NCBI GenBank assembly: GCA_035551795.1
Contig: DASZMP010000088.1
Span: 350-64,349 of the forward strand
DNA from: Solirubrobacteraceae bacterium
GTDB taxonomy: Bacteria; Actinomycetota; Thermoleophilia; Solirubrobacterales; Solirubrobacteraceae
DNA: 64,000 nucleotides
Direction: 5' to 3'
A program made the translations under genes and the position numbers. Below, one piece after another: positions 24,215 to 34,026 of this stretch (within the stretch, counting starts at the first letter, position 1; each line of letters starts with the position of its first letter). The notes under the pieces are model-generated. The model had not been told where the DNA came from. It did no database searches and worked only from the letters and a program-made list of their open reading frames with translations.

Positions 24215-25135
24215 TCAGTCCAGTGCCTTTCGTACGGCCACCAGCTGGGCGGCCCGTTGTTGCTGGAGCTCCTTCGCGCCCTCGGGCGAGTAGTCGAAGA
24301 AGCCACCGCCGGTCTTGATGCCCAGCCGCCCCTGCTCCTTGAGGTCGGTGGCGGTCTTGGACACCCCCTTCTCGTCGGACAGCGACTGGTTCAGGTAGCT
24401 GGCCACGCTCGTATAGATGTCGAGCCCCGCCATGTCCAGCAGATGGATGGGCGGGACGACGGCCAGCTTGTAGCCGATGCCCCACTTCACGCACAGGTCG
24501 AGACCCTCCTCGTCGATCACGCCCTCATCGACGAGCGCCAGGCACTCGCGCATGATCGCGTAGAGCACCCGGTTCTCGACGAAGCCGGGCACCTCCTTCT
24601 TGAGCGTCACGGGGTGATAGCCGATCCGGCGGGTGAGGTTCTCGGTGGCCGCAGTCACCTCCGCGGAGGTCTGCTCGCCCGGGATCACCTCGTTCATCGG
24701 GATCAGGTGCGGTGGGTTTGACCAATGCCAGCCGATCACCCGGTCGGGGTGCTGCAGCCCCTCCTGGAGCTTGGTCACCGGGATGCCGGACGTGTTGGAG
24801 GCGATGATCGCCTCGGCGCCGATCTCTGCCTCGATGTCCCGGAAGAGCTGCTGTTTGAGCTCGAGCTGCTCGGGGACGGCCTCGAGCACGACCTCGGCTC
24901 CGGCGAGCGCGGCAGCTCGGTCGCTCTCATAGGAGACGCCGCCCCCGTCGTGCATGGGCACCTCCAGGCGCTCGAGCACTCCCTCCACCATCCCGACCAT
25001 CCCCTGGGCGCGCTCCAGCGCCTCCGGCCTGACGTCGAACAGCTTCACCTGCATCCCGGCTCGGGCCAGCACGGCGCCCATCCCCGGGCCCATCGTGCCG
25101 GTGCCAAGGATCGTCGCTCGGTTGACTTCGCTCAT
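24215..25135 (-). CDS. fhmpcd1: 5-formyl-3-hydroxy-2-methylpyridine-4-carboxylate (FHMPC) dehydrogenase (3-hydroxyacyl-CoA dehydrogenase fold)
   Basis: GTMGPGM, TSGIPVTKLQ, HWSNPPHLIPM, PGFVENRVLYA, WGIGYKLAV, LLDMAGLDIY match the recalled M. loti enzyme. Confidence 0.8.
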   Translation of the reverse strand: MSEVNRATILGTGTMGPGMGAVLARAGMQVKLFDVRPEALERAQGMVGMVEGVLERLEVPMHDGGGVSYESDRAAALAGAEVVLEAVPEQLELKQQLFRDIEAEIGAEAIIASNTSGIPVTKLQEGLQHPDRVIGWHWSNPPHLIPMNEVIPGEQTSAEVTAATENLTRRIGYHPVTLKKEVPGFVENRVLYAIMRECLALVDEGVIDEEGLDLCVKWGIGYKLAVVPPIHLLDMAGLDIYTSVASYLNQSLSDEKGVSKTATDLKEQGRLGIKTGGGFFDYSPEGAKELQQQRAAQLVAVRKALD

Positions 25136-27441
25136 CGGTCGCTTCCTTTGGTTGGTTGGGAGAGTTCCTGTAGGCGCCGCCACACCCGCTCAGGCGTGAG
25201 CGGCAGCTCGTTCATGGGCACGCCGGCGTCGGCCAGCGCGCAGACGATGGCGGCGGGAACCGCGGCAAACGCGCCCTCCCCGCAGCCCTTGGCCCCGTAG
25301 GGACCGGGACCATCGGCGTTCTCGACGATGATCGACCGCATCGCTCGCGGCAGATCGGCCACCCGGGGAACCCGGTACTCGAGCAGATTGTCGTTGGCGA
25401 TCACCCCGTCGACAAAGCGCATCTCCTCGAACAGCGCGTTGCCGATGCCCTGAAGGGTTGCCCCCTCGTCCTGACGCTCGACGAGCTGCGGATTGATCGC
25501 TTTGCCGACGTCGGCCACCGTGGCGGAGCGCAGGACGGTGATGACGCCCGTGTCCGGGTCGACCTCCACCTCCACCGCGGCCACGCACACCTCCCAGAAG
25601 TGGGGGCCCTCGGCGTAGGACCCGGTGGCACCGCCGGTCGGACGGACCTCGCCACCCTCGATGATCTCCCCGCCTCGGAACCCAAAGCGCTTGGCGATGA
25701 CATCGGGGAAGGGCAGCGCCTCGCCGTTCAGGCGGGCCTGACCACCGCTGAGCTCCACCGCCTCCGGCTCCACATCCCACACCTCGCCCGCGGTCTCCCG
25801 CAGGCGGGCGGCCACGTTCTCCGCCGCTCGCTTCACGGCCAGCCCGGCGATCGTGGTGGACCGGCTGGCCCCGGTCGAGCGGTCATACGGCGTGAAGCGG
25901 GTGTCCGCGCCGTGGACCCGGACGACATCGCTGGACAGGCCAAGCTCCTGCGCGGCGATCTGCGCCATCACCGTACGCGGGCCCTGTCCGAGTTCGGTGG
26001 TGCCAACGTAAACGTCGGCTGAGCCATCGGAGCACAGCCGCACCGAAGCTCGCGACACAGGATGGGCGCCCGCGGCCAGCAGCCCGACGCTGACCCCGCG
26101 CCCGAGCCAGGGCCGCTTCGGCTCCTCCCACCCGACGGCCTCCGCGGCGCGCTCCACATCCCCGACGAGATCGGCGTCCAGTGGCTTGCCGCTGCCGTCA
26201 GGGCGGACGGGCTCCCCGGGCAGGACCAGGTTGCGCCGCCGGATATCCACCGGATCCACGCCGCCCCGCCGCGCCACCTCGTCGATCTGCGACTCGCCGA
26301 TCCACTGCAGGTGGGTGGCCCCGAAGGCCCGGTAGGAGCCCGACGGTGCCGTGTTGCAGTACACGCAGAAAGCCTGCACGTCCACGGCCTCCCAGTGGTA
26401 GGGGCCGGGGGCCGCGTCGGCCGCCGTGGCGGTAACCCGGGGGCCGTTGTCCGCATAGGCCCCGGTATCCATCCAGAAGTGGACCTCGCGGCCGAGCAGA
26501 CGGCCGTCCGCCGCCGCCGTAGTCCGCATCCAGCAGCGCATGCCATGCCGGCGGGAGGTGACCATCGACTCGTCCACCCGGTTGACGATCCGCACCGGGC
26601 GGCCGGCCTTGCGGGCCAACGCCACCGTGAGCGGCTCCATCTTCGTATAGGACTTCGAGCCGAACCCACCCCCGAGGTAGGGGACCACGATGCGCACCGA
26701 GCCGATGTCCAGCCCGAACAGGTCGGCGATCTCCGCCTGGACGAGGAACGGATGCTGACAGTTGGCCCACAGGGTCACGCCGTCACCGTGGTAATGGGCG
26801 ATCGTGGCGTGCGTCTCCATCGCGTACTGGTAGACCGCGGGGAACGCATAGGTGCCCTCAACCACGATCGCGGCGCCGTTCGTGACCTTCTCGACGTCGC
26901 CGGCCGCGATCGTGTGCTCGTAGCAGACGTTTCCCTGCTGCTCGCCGAGATTCCCCAGACCGTGGAACAGCCCCACCTTGGGCTGGCGCTCATGCAGGCG
27001 CGGAGCATCCGGCGCCAGAGCTGCCTCAAGGGTGTCCAGAACGGGCAGCTCGTCGTACTCCACCCCGATGGTGGCCACGGCCGCCTCCGCCGTGGCCTCG
27101 TCGACCGCGGCCACGGCCGCCACCGGCTCGCCCGCGAACCGGACCCGGTCGAGCGCGATGATCGGGCGATCCTTGATGGCGTGGCCGTAGTAGGGCTCGA
27201 TGTCGTGCAGATCGGCTCCGGTGAGGATCGCGCTCACCCCGGGGATCTCCAGCGCCCGCTCGACGTCGATCGAACGGATCGTGGCGTGCGCGAATGGGCT
27301 GCGCAGGACCTTCCCGTGCAGCATCCCGGCCATCTCCATGTCGCCGACGTACTGGGCCTGGCCGCGCAGCTTCTCGCGGCCGTCCTTACGGGGGCGGGCC
27401 ACGCCCACCTCGGTCAGCGCCGGGCGCTCGAGGATCGTCAC
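25132..27441 (-). CDS. Xanthine dehydrogenase-family molybdopterin-binding large subunit
   Basis: LRSPFAHA, GGGFGSK, SYRAFG, ELGQG, GAKGCGE. Confidence 0.9.
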   Translation of the reverse strand: MTILERPALTEVGVARPRKDGREKLRGQAQYVGDMEMAGMLHGKVLRSPFAHATIRSIDVERALEIPGVSAILTGADLHDIEPYYGHAIKDRPIIALDRVRFAGEPVAAVAAVDEATAEAAVATIGVEYDELPVLDTLEAALAPDAPRLHERQPKVGLFHGLGNLGEQQGNVCYEHTIAAGDVEKVTNGAAIVVEGTYAFPAVYQYAMETHATIAHYHGDGVTLWANCQHPFLVQAEIADLFGLDIGSVRIVVPYLGGGFGSKSYTKMEPLTVALARKAGRPVRIVNRVDESMVTSRRHGMRCWMRTTAAADGRLLGREVHFWMDTGAYADNGPRVTATAADAAPGPYHWEAVDVQAFCVYCNTAPSGSYRAFGATHLQWIGESQIDEVARRGGVDPVDIRRRNLVLPGEPVRPDGSGKPLDADLVGDVERAAEAVGWEEPKRPWLGRGVSVGLLAAGAHPVSRASVRLCSDGSADVYVGTTELGQGPRTVMAQIAAQELGLSSDVVRVHGADTRFTPYDRSTGASRSTTIAGLAVKRAAENVAARLRETAGEVWDVEPEAVELSGGQARLNGEALPFPDVIAKRFGFRGGEIIEGGEVRPTGGATGSYAEGPHFWEVCVAAVEVEVDPDTGVITVLRSATVADVGKAINPQLVERQDEGATLQGIGNALFEEMRFVDGVIANDNLLEYRVPRVADLPRAMRSIIVENADGPGPYGAKGCGEGAFAAVPAAIVCALADAGVPMNELPLTPERVWRRLQELSQPTKGSDR

Positions 27442-27932
27442 GCGCGTACCTCGCCGACGTCGCTGGTGTCGACGCTCGTCACGCCCGCCACCTCACGCGC
27501 GGCCTCGAGGATTGAGCGGTAACCCGTGCACCGGCAGAGGTTGCCGTCCAGCCCGTGCCGGATCGCCTCCTCCCCATCCAGCTCACCGTGGTCGGCCAGG
27601 CTCTTGAGGGTGAGCAGCAGGCCGGGTGTGCAATAGCCACACTGCAGCGCGGCGTGACGCATGAACGCTGTCTCGTAGCGCTCGAACTCCGGCATCTCCG
27701 CGAACCCCTCCACGGTCAGGACGTCCCGTCCGGCGGCGTCAGCCGCCAGGAACGTGCAGGCACTGACCGGAAGACCGTCGACCAGGACCGTGCAGGTGCC
27801 GCACACCTGCACGTCGCAGGAGCGCTTCGCTCCGGTCAGCCGGAGGCGCTCGCGCAGGAAGTCGAGCAGCAGCTCCTGGGGTTCGACCGAGGCCCGGACC
27901 TCGCTGCCGTTGACCGTCAGCGTCAGGTCCAT
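27438..27932 (-). CDS. Molybdenum hydroxylase [2Fe-2S] small subunit
   Basis: CDVQVCGTCTV, QCGYCTPG, NLCRCTGY. Confidence 0.92.
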   Translation of the reverse strand: MDLTLTVNGSEVRASVEPQELLLDFLRERLRLTGAKRSCDVQVCGTCTVLVDGLPVSACTFLAADAAGRDVLTVEGFAEMPEFERYETAFMRHAALQCGYCTPGLLLTLKSLADHGELDGEEAIRHGLDGNLCRCTGYRSILEAAREVAGVTSVDTSDVGEVRA

Positions 27933-27933
27933 C

Positions 27934-28716
27934 TCAGGTCTCCTCGTCCGGCATGTCGAACGCGCGCCCGCCCCGGCGCAGCTTCCGGATCCACGCATCC
28001 CAGTACTCGCCTGCGAAGTCGGACTGATATTTGACCGCATGGATGTGCGGGAGCAGATGTTGGGGGATCGGGTGCAGAGGACCCAAGGTCGTGGCTATCG
28101 TTTGGATCTGAGTCGCGCGCTCAAGCAGTACCGCCGCCAGCACCGCCCACCGGACGTCACGTTCGGCCACCAGCACGCCGTGATTACGCAGCAGCAGCGC
28201 GGTTCCACCTCCGAGCGCATCTGCGACCGCGGCGCCCTGCTCGGCGTCGATGATCAGGTCCGGGACACCGTCGTAGGTTGAGATTCCATCCAGGAACATC
28301 ACCCCGTCGTGCGTAAGGTAGGCGAACTCGGCGTCGGTAGCACCGAACGCCGTGGCGAAGGTTGGATGGCCATGAACCACGCTGCGCACATCGGTACGGC
28401 GCTTATAGACCTCTGTGTGCAGCACGGTCTCTAGATGCATCGTGTCGTTGCCGCGCAGCGCCTCGCCGCTGTGCAGGTCGACGGCCATCACGTCGTCTGG
28501 TGTGACCTCCCCGAGTGCCACCCCTTTACGCTTGATGAACACGGTGCGCCGGTCGGGGCCGAGCGCGCTCACGTGCCCGAGGGTCAGGTCCTCGTAGCCG
28601 AGCATGGCCAGGATTCGGGAGGCCCAGGCCACATCGATGATGAGCCGCCGATCCTCCTCACTATGGTCTGCCTCCGGGCGAGCCAGCTTCACACTCAACT
28701 CTGCCTCCCTTTTCAT
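27934..28716 (-). CDS. Class II aldolase/adducin family; candidate HMPDC 4-decarboxylase
   Basis: GHVSA, LETVLHTEVY, VVHGH, LTHDG, LRNHG. The M. loti HMPDC decarboxylase has this fold, and the context is a B6 operon. Confidence 0.7.
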   Translation of the reverse strand: MKREAELSVKLARPEADHSEEDRRLIIDVAWASRILAMLGYEDLTLGHVSALGPDRRTVFIKRKGVALGEVTPDDVMAVDLHSGEALRGNDTMHLETVLHTEVYKRRTDVRSVVHGHPTFATAFGATDAEFAYLTHDGVMFLDGISTYDGVPDLIIDAEQGAAVADALGGGTALLLRNHGVLVAERDVRWAVLAAVLLERATQIQTIATTLGPLHPIPQHLLPHIHAVKYQSDFAGEYWDAWIRKLRRGGRAFDMPDEET

Positions 28717-29096
28717 GTGTCCCTGCGTTGCGTGGGTGGGTAGTCCGGATGCGGGAACCCAAACACCATCACGACGTCCTCATCACCGGTGTTGGCCACG
28801 GCATGCCACACGCCGGCGGGCACATGCAGCCCCTGGCCGGCGCGAAAGGGAACCGCTTTCTCGTCGAGGCGCAGCTCGCCTGACCCCGACAGCACATAGG
28901 CAACCTCCTCGGTCTCGTGGGCGACCATGGCGGTCACGCAACCGGGCGTGAACACCGAATAGCCCAGCGAGGCCGAGTTGCCCGACAGCGACGTGTCGTT
29001 GAGGACCATTCGGCTCCAGCTCCCGCCCGGAAGCGGGATCGGCTCCACGTCCTCCAGGCTGACGGTCGCGACGGCGCCACCGTCTACAGCACCCAC
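28713..29096 (-). CDS. Cupin domain protein
   Basis: HETEEVAYVLSGSG and VPAGVWHAVAN cupin motifs. Confidence 0.85.
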   Translation of the reverse strand: MGAVDGGAVATVSLEDVEPIPLPGGSWSRMVLNDTSLSGNSASLGYSVFTPGCVTAMVAHETEEVAYVLSGSGELRLDEKAVPFRAGQGLHVPAGVWHAVANTGDEDVVMVFGFPHPDYPPTQRRDT

Positions 29097-30112
29097 TGGC
29101 CGTCCTTCAGGATCCAGCGGCCGTTATCCACGATCTGCATCGATGCCTCGAGGACGACGCCGTCGAGGTGGAGCACCGAAACGTTCTGGCCGCCCGGGTA
29201 GGCGTTGTGGTTGTCACCCAGCGCGCAGTGCACGGTGCCCACCCGACCCTTCTCCGACGGCGTCCCGAACGGCGCGACCTCGCTGACACCGAAGGCGAAC
29301 TCGCCAATGATGTCGGCGTTCTCCACACCCTGGATCACCTCGCGCAGCCGTCGGGCCTCCTCCCCGCCCTCGATCTTGACCGCATGGCCGTTCTCGAGCG
29401 TCCACGTGATCGGCTCCTTGACCTGACCGGGCAGGCCGATCCCCAGCATCACACCATCCACGACCATGGTCCCGTCGGTGCCGTCCTCGACCGCCGCGAA
29501 GGCCACCTCCGCCCACAGCGGCAGCGGTCCCATCATCTGGCCCCGCTTTTTGATCGACGTGACCTCGAGCGCCGGCCGGTCCTTGATCGTCACGGTGAAG
29601 TCCGTGCCCCGGGCCGAGGTCACCCTCACCTTCTCCACGCCCTCGAGCGCGGCCATGCCATCCCAGGCCCGCTGCTGGGCCCGGTGGAGCGCCTCCTCGG
29701 TGAGACCCCACGCGCCCATTCCGGGCTCGACCGAGGCGATCTTGGCGTTGTGGGCGCACGACTCCTTGACCGCGGAGACGTGGGCGAAGCGGTTGGCCCA
29801 CTCCAGGTTGGTGATGATGATGATCTCGTCCGAGTTCACCATCGCCTGGTGCAGGTTGCGCGGCGGCGCCATCGGGAAGTGGGTGTCGGCCAGGCCCCGG
29901 CGCACCTGCGTCTCGTTGTTCATGATCACCGGCCACGCGCCGCGGTCCACGCAGATGTCGGCCACCACGCGCGCCTGATCCTCGTGGGCGTCGTCGGTGA
30001 TGATCGTCACCACGTCCTCGGCCTCGACCGACATGCACACGTCGACCACCAGCTCGGCATCTGAGCGCACGTCCTCGAATGTCGGTGCGGCCGTCTGTTC
30101 AGTCACCGTCAT
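29084..30112 (-). CDS. Peptidase M29 / aminopeptidase T-like metallohydrolase
   Basis: GTDFTV, WAEVAFA, GEFAFG, SEK, VHCALG, HLDG dimetal ligand pattern. Confidence 0.75.
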   Translation of the reverse strand: MTVTEQTAAPTFEDVRSDAELVVDVCMSVEAEDVVTIITDDAHEDQARVVADICVDRGAWPVIMNNETQVRRGLADTHFPMAPPRNLHQAMVNSDEIIIITNLEWANRFAHVSAVKESCAHNAKIASVEPGMGAWGLTEEALHRAQQRAWDGMAALEGVEKVRVTSARGTDFTVTIKDRPALEVTSIKKRGQMMGPLPLWAEVAFAAVEDGTDGTMVVDGVMLGIGLPGQVKEPITWTLENGHAVKIEGGEEARRLREVIQGVENADIIGEFAFGVSEVAPFGTPSEKGRVGTVHCALGDNHNAYPGGQNVSVLHLDGVVLEASMQIVDNGRWILKDGQWVL

Positions 30113-30115
30113 GGG

Positions 30116-31156
30116 TCACCTCACCTCTTGGGTCTGAAATGCGGGCAGCACCTCGCTGGCGAAGCGCTGCACCTGGTCGAACTGGTCGATCGCGCCGAAC
30201 CGGCATATGAAGTGGTCGACGCCGCGATCGTGGAACTCGCGCAGCCAGGCGATGATCTCGTCGGGCGTGCCGACGGGGCCCCAGTTGGAGAGATCCATCC
30301 CCCGCGAAAGCTCGGGGTAGTACTTGGAGATGTAGTCGCCGAACGCGGTCCGGGCGTCCTCCTTGGAGTCCCCGATGTTCATCGTGACCTGGTAGGAGAC
30401 TGTGTAGTCCTCGAAGTCACGGCCGTGCCGCGCCGCGGCATCACGCAGATAGCCGATTTGCTCGGTCAGCTCCTCCGGATGCTCGGCCCGGCAGCAGGTC
30501 ATCCAGCCGTCGCCCAGCCGGATGATCCGGTCACAGGCCCGCTCCATGATCCGCCGCATCTTCTCCGAGGGCTTGTCACCGAGCAGGCGCGGGTTGGAGA
30601 CAATCCAGATCGGCGGCGGAGTCTGCAGGGGCTTCAGCGCGTCCAGCTCGGTTCCGGAGTGGAACGCGACGTCGTCGTAGCTGAAGTACTTGCCCTTGAA
30701 GTTGGTGGCGCCGGTGCGGAATACCTCATTGAGGACCTCGAGTCCCTCTTCGAATACGGTGGCTCGGTCCTCGAACGGCAGCCCGAGCGCGGCGAACTCT
30801 CGCCGCACGCCCTGCTCCGGATTGCCCATGCAAGGTCCGAAGATCGTCCGCCCACCGGAGATCTGGTCGAGCGTCGCCCACTCCAGAGCCAGGTACAGCG
30901 GATTGCGCATCGAGCTGACGATGCACGCCGTCCCGAGCCTCACCCGCTTGGTGCGCTGCGTAAGGGCGGCCAGCAGGGTCATCGCCTCATAGCGAGGCTT
31001 TGAGAACAGGCTGTCGCCCACCCAGATGGAGTCGAACCCGAGCTCCTCCACGAGCTCGGAGAGCGAGAGCAGGGCCTGAAGGTCATAGTCGGGGGCGATC
31101 AGCGGTTCCCGGTTATTCAGGTTGACGCCGAACTCAACCGGTTTCTTGTCAGCCAA
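30116..31156 (-). CDS. LLM-class flavin-dependent oxidoreductase
   Basis: GFDSIWVGDS, TKRVRLGT, ATLDQISGGR, PPPIWI, VGTPDEI. Confidence 0.88.
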   Translation of the reverse strand: MADKKPVEFGVNLNNREPLIAPDYDLQALLSLSELVEELGFDSIWVGDSLFSKPRYEAMTLLAALTQRTKRVRLGTACIVSSMRNPLYLALEWATLDQISGGRTIFGPCMGNPEQGVRREFAALGLPFEDRATVFEEGLEVLNEVFRTGATNFKGKYFSYDDVAFHSGTELDALKPLQTPPPIWIVSNPRLLGDKPSEKMRRIMERACDRIIRLGDGWMTCCRAEHPEELTEQIGYLRDAAARHGRDFEDYTVSYQVTMNIGDSKEDARTAFGDYISKYYPELSRGMDLSNWGPVGTPDEIIAWLREFHDRGVDHFICRFGAIDQFDQVQRFASEVLPAFQTQEVR

Positions 31157-31868
31157 GAGTGGTGGGCTCCTCTTTTTGAGATTGGTCGTTGTCGTCTTGG
31201 AAAATCTCGCGGGCGGCGAACGAGCGCAGAACTCGCTGCGGAACCTCGATGTGGTCCTCGAGCAGGCGCGCCGCCAGGTCGGGATCGCCAGCGTCCACGG
31301 CGGCGAGGATCCCCCGATGCTCGGCCGCTGACTGCTGGGTGCCGCCGCGCAGCTCCACCGACTTCTTCATCAGCCGAGCCATCTGGGCCACCAGTTGCGT
31401 GTGCACCTCCTGGAGCTTTTGATTTCCAGAGGCGTGAACCAGCTTCGCGTGAAACTGACGGTTGATTTCGAAGAAGCCGTCCGTGTCGCCGGACACCGCG
31501 GCATCCTCCATCTCCTCGCACATCCGGTGCAGTTCCTCGCGGTCAGCAAAGCTGAGGCGCGGCACGGCAAGTCGAATCGCCAGCGACTCGAGCGCCTCGC
31601 GCACCTGGTAGGCATCGATGAACTCCTGGCGAGTGAGGCGGCGGACGACTGCCCCCCGTCGCGGCACGATCGTTACGAGCCCTTCCGCGGCCAACTGACC
31701 GAGCGCTTCGCGCAGCGGACCGCGGCTGATGCCCAGGGAGCGGGCCAGCGCCACCTCGCCAAGCTCGGCACCGGGAATCAGTCGCTCACGGAGAATCTCC
31801 TCCCTCAGGTGGTCTGCCACCTGCTCACGCAGAGTCCGGTTCTCGAGCGGCTGAGCAGGAAAGCTCAT
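31149..31868 (-). CDS. GntR/FadR (FCD) transcriptional regulator
   Basis: LGISRGPLREAL wHTH, PRRGAVV, and FCD motifs NRQFH and EHRGIL. Confidence 0.92.
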   Translation of the reverse strand: MSFPAQPLENRTLREQVADHLREEILRERLIPGAELGEVALARSLGISRGPLREALGQLAAEGLVTIVPRRGAVVRRLTRQEFIDAYQVREALESLAIRLAVPRLSFADREELHRMCEEMEDAAVSGDTDGFFEINRQFHAKLVHASGNQKLQEVHTQLVAQMARLMKKSVELRGGTQQSAAEHRGILAAVDAGDPDLAARLLEDHIEVPQRVLRSFAAREIFQDDNDQSQKEEPTTLG

Positions 31869-32824
31869 CTCGCTCCTCGGACGTAGGGAAGCGCCAGGGC
31901 GGGCGGCAGATACGACGACCGGGAGAAGATGACCAGCGCAAGCATGATCGCCACAAACGGGAGCATGTTGATGACGTCGGTGGAGATGTTCACGCCGGCG
32001 AGCTGCAGCGCGGTGGCGATCGACAGTGAGATCCCGAACAGGAAGGCTCCGAACACCACCCAGAGCGGACGTCCGCGGGCGAGCATGCAGATGACGATGG
32101 CCATGTAGCCCTGTCCCTGGGTCATGAACGGAGTGAACACCCCGGCCGCGACGATCGACAGGTAGGCCCCGCCGAGGCCGGCCAGGGCGCCGGTGCTGAG
32201 GACCGCCCAGCTGCGGGTCGCGATCACGCTCACACCGGCGGCATCCAATGCCTCCGGCTTCTCGCCCGCGGCACGCAGGTTCAGTCCGATGTTCGTGGAG
32301 CGGAACAGCCAGACCAGGAACCCGGCAAACAGCACCCCGATGTACACAATCGGAGACTCGTTGAACAGGCTCGAGCCAACGACCGGGATGTGGTCGACGA
32401 CGGGGATCGCCAGGTTGGCCGGAGCTCCCAAACGAGGGTAGCTGGAGCCGAACTGCGCCCCCTGCAGGACGCTGGTAATGCCCTCGCCGGCCAGCGTGAT
32501 CGCGATGCCGACGACGATCTGATCAAGGCCGAGCCACACGCACAGCACCACCATCAGGGACGCGCCGAGAGCTCCTCCGGACGCGCCGAGCACGAAGCCC
32601 AGAACCTCCGAGTGGCCGTAGTAGGCGCCCACGAAGCCGATGTAGGCGCCCAGCAGCATCATCCCCTCCAGACCGAGGTTCAGTACCCCGGCGCGCTCGG
32701 AGATCGACTCACCGAGTGCCGTCAACAGCAGCGGCACGCCGGCCAGCACGCCGCCGGCGAGCAGCGAGGTGAGCACCGCCCGGCTGAAGATGTTGGTGGC
32801 CGCGGCGACATGCAGCGCGGTCAT
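31865..32824 (-). CDS. ABC transporter permease (CUT2/nucleoside type)
   Basis: SERAGVLNLGLEGMML, LRAAGEKP, LPPALALPY. Confidence 0.9.
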   Translation of the reverse strand: MTALHVAAATNIFSRAVLTSLLAGGVLAGVPLLLTALGESISERAGVLNLGLEGMMLLGAYIGFVGAYYGHSEVLGFVLGASGGALGASLMVVLCVWLGLDQIVVGIAITLAGEGITSVLQGAQFGSSYPRLGAPANLAIPVVDHIPVVGSSLFNESPIVYIGVLFAGFLVWLFRSTNIGLNLRAAGEKPEALDAAGVSVIATRSWAVLSTGALAGLGGAYLSIVAAGVFTPFMTQGQGYMAIVICMLARGRPLWVVFGAFLFGISLSIATALQLAGVNISTDVINMLPFVAIMLALVIFSRSSYLPPALALPYVRGAR

Positions 32825-34026
32825 GGCGCCACCTCCTGGCTCTCGCGCGGCCGGCGCCGGAGCGGAGTGCGCAGAGCGCGCCGGAGCCCCGGCGTCAGGT
32901 AGCTGCGCCCGAGGTCGCGCTGGCGGCCGAAGTACTCGATCACCGTCATGAACAGCAGGATCAGGGCGACCAGGACGAGCAGGAAGTCGGTGGGGAGGTT
33001 CGCGTTGGAGGCGGCCAGATCCCCGCCGTTGGACAGCACGGCGAAGAAGGCGATGAACGGGATCACCGCCAGCGCGTTCAGCCGGGCCAGGAACACGAAC
33101 GGGATCACCGTGTCCCCGTAGCCCGGATTCCAGTTGGCCCGCATGTAGCCCCAGACGCCCAGGATGTCCGCGGCCGCCGCGGCTCCGACGAGCGCCCCGC
33201 TGACCACGAAGGCGTAGAGGATCAGCCGGCGCACGCTCAGCCCGACATGGGCCGCCGCGCGCGGATTGGCGCCGAGCACGTGCAGGCGCAGCCCGAACGA
33301 GGTACGGGTGGCCACGAAGTGCGCGATCACCGCGGCCGCCAACGCGACCAGCACGCCGATATGGATCCGCGTCCCGGGGATGGAGGGCAGCATGCGATCC
33401 AGCGGGATGACCCGCGTCTGCGGGATGTTCACGGTGGGGTCCTGGAACGGGCCCTTGACCAGGATGTTCGCCACCCCGATCCCGATGAACGACATCATCA
33501 GCGTCGTGATGATCTCGTTGGTCCCGTAGTAGGCCTTGAGCAGCGCGGGGACGATCGTCCACGCGGCTCCGGCCAGCATGGCGATCAGGAACAGGAGGAT
33601 CAGGCTGACCGCGATCGGCGTGCCCGCCAGGTGCGGGGCCACCCCGGTGATCAGCGCGGCGCCGATCAGGAACTGCCCGTTATAGCCGAGGTTCCAGATG
33701 TTGGCGCGGAAGACGACGATCAATCCCACGGCGATCAGCAGCAGCGGCGCAGCCCGCATCGCGCTGTCCTCCCAGGAGCCCTGCTGGACCCCGCCCTGCC
33801 AGATGTCCCCATAGAAGGTCAGCGGATCGCGGCCGAGGATCAGCAGAAGGATCCCGCCGGTGATCAGGGCCAGGATGACCGGTGCAACCGACCGGATCAG
33901 CGTGTCCCGGGCCGCGGCGGCGCGCCGGGACCGGGGCCGCAGCGGCTGGTTCGCCTCGTCGGTGGGAGGCGGGCTGACCTCGACGACGTCGGTCGGGTGG
34001 GCGGGGAACTGCAGCGACTCGCTCAC
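32821..34026 (-). CDS. ABC transporter permease (CUT2/nucleoside type)
   Basis: FRANIWNLGYNGQ, NEIITTLM, TSFGLRL..GANP. Confidence 0.9.
   Translation of the reverse strand: MSESLQFPAHPTDVVEVSPPPTDEANQPLRPRSRRAAAARDTLIRSVAPVILALITGGILLLILGRDPLTFYGDIWQGGVQQGSWEDSAMRAAPLLLIAVGLIVVFRANIWNLGYNGQFLIGAALITGVAPHLAGTPIAVSLILLFLIAMLAGAAWTIVPALLKAYYGTNEIITTLMMSFIGIGVANILVKGPFQDPTVNIPQTRVIPLDRMLPSIPGTRIHIGVLVALAAAVIAHFVATRTSFGLRLHVLGANPRAAAHVGLSVRRLILYAFVVSGALVGAAAAADILGVWGYMRANWNPGYGDTVIPFVFLARLNALAVIPFIAFFAVLSNGGDLAASNANLPTDFLLVLVALILLFMTVIEYFGRQRDLGRSYLTPGLRRALRTPLRRRPRESQEVAP

Noticed and set aside
25132..27932. Aerobic CO dehydrogenase (coxLS with coxM/coxG)
   Set aside because: The active-site loop is SYRAFG, not AYxCSFR or AYxGAGR, and the context is pyridine catabolism.
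29084..30112. NicX-type 2,5-dihydroxypyridine dioxygenase
   Set aside because: Shares the fold and the HLD motif, but has Glu (GEFAFG) where I recall NicX having its first iron His, and it keeps the M29 dimetal ligands. A hydrolase is more likely, though not proven.
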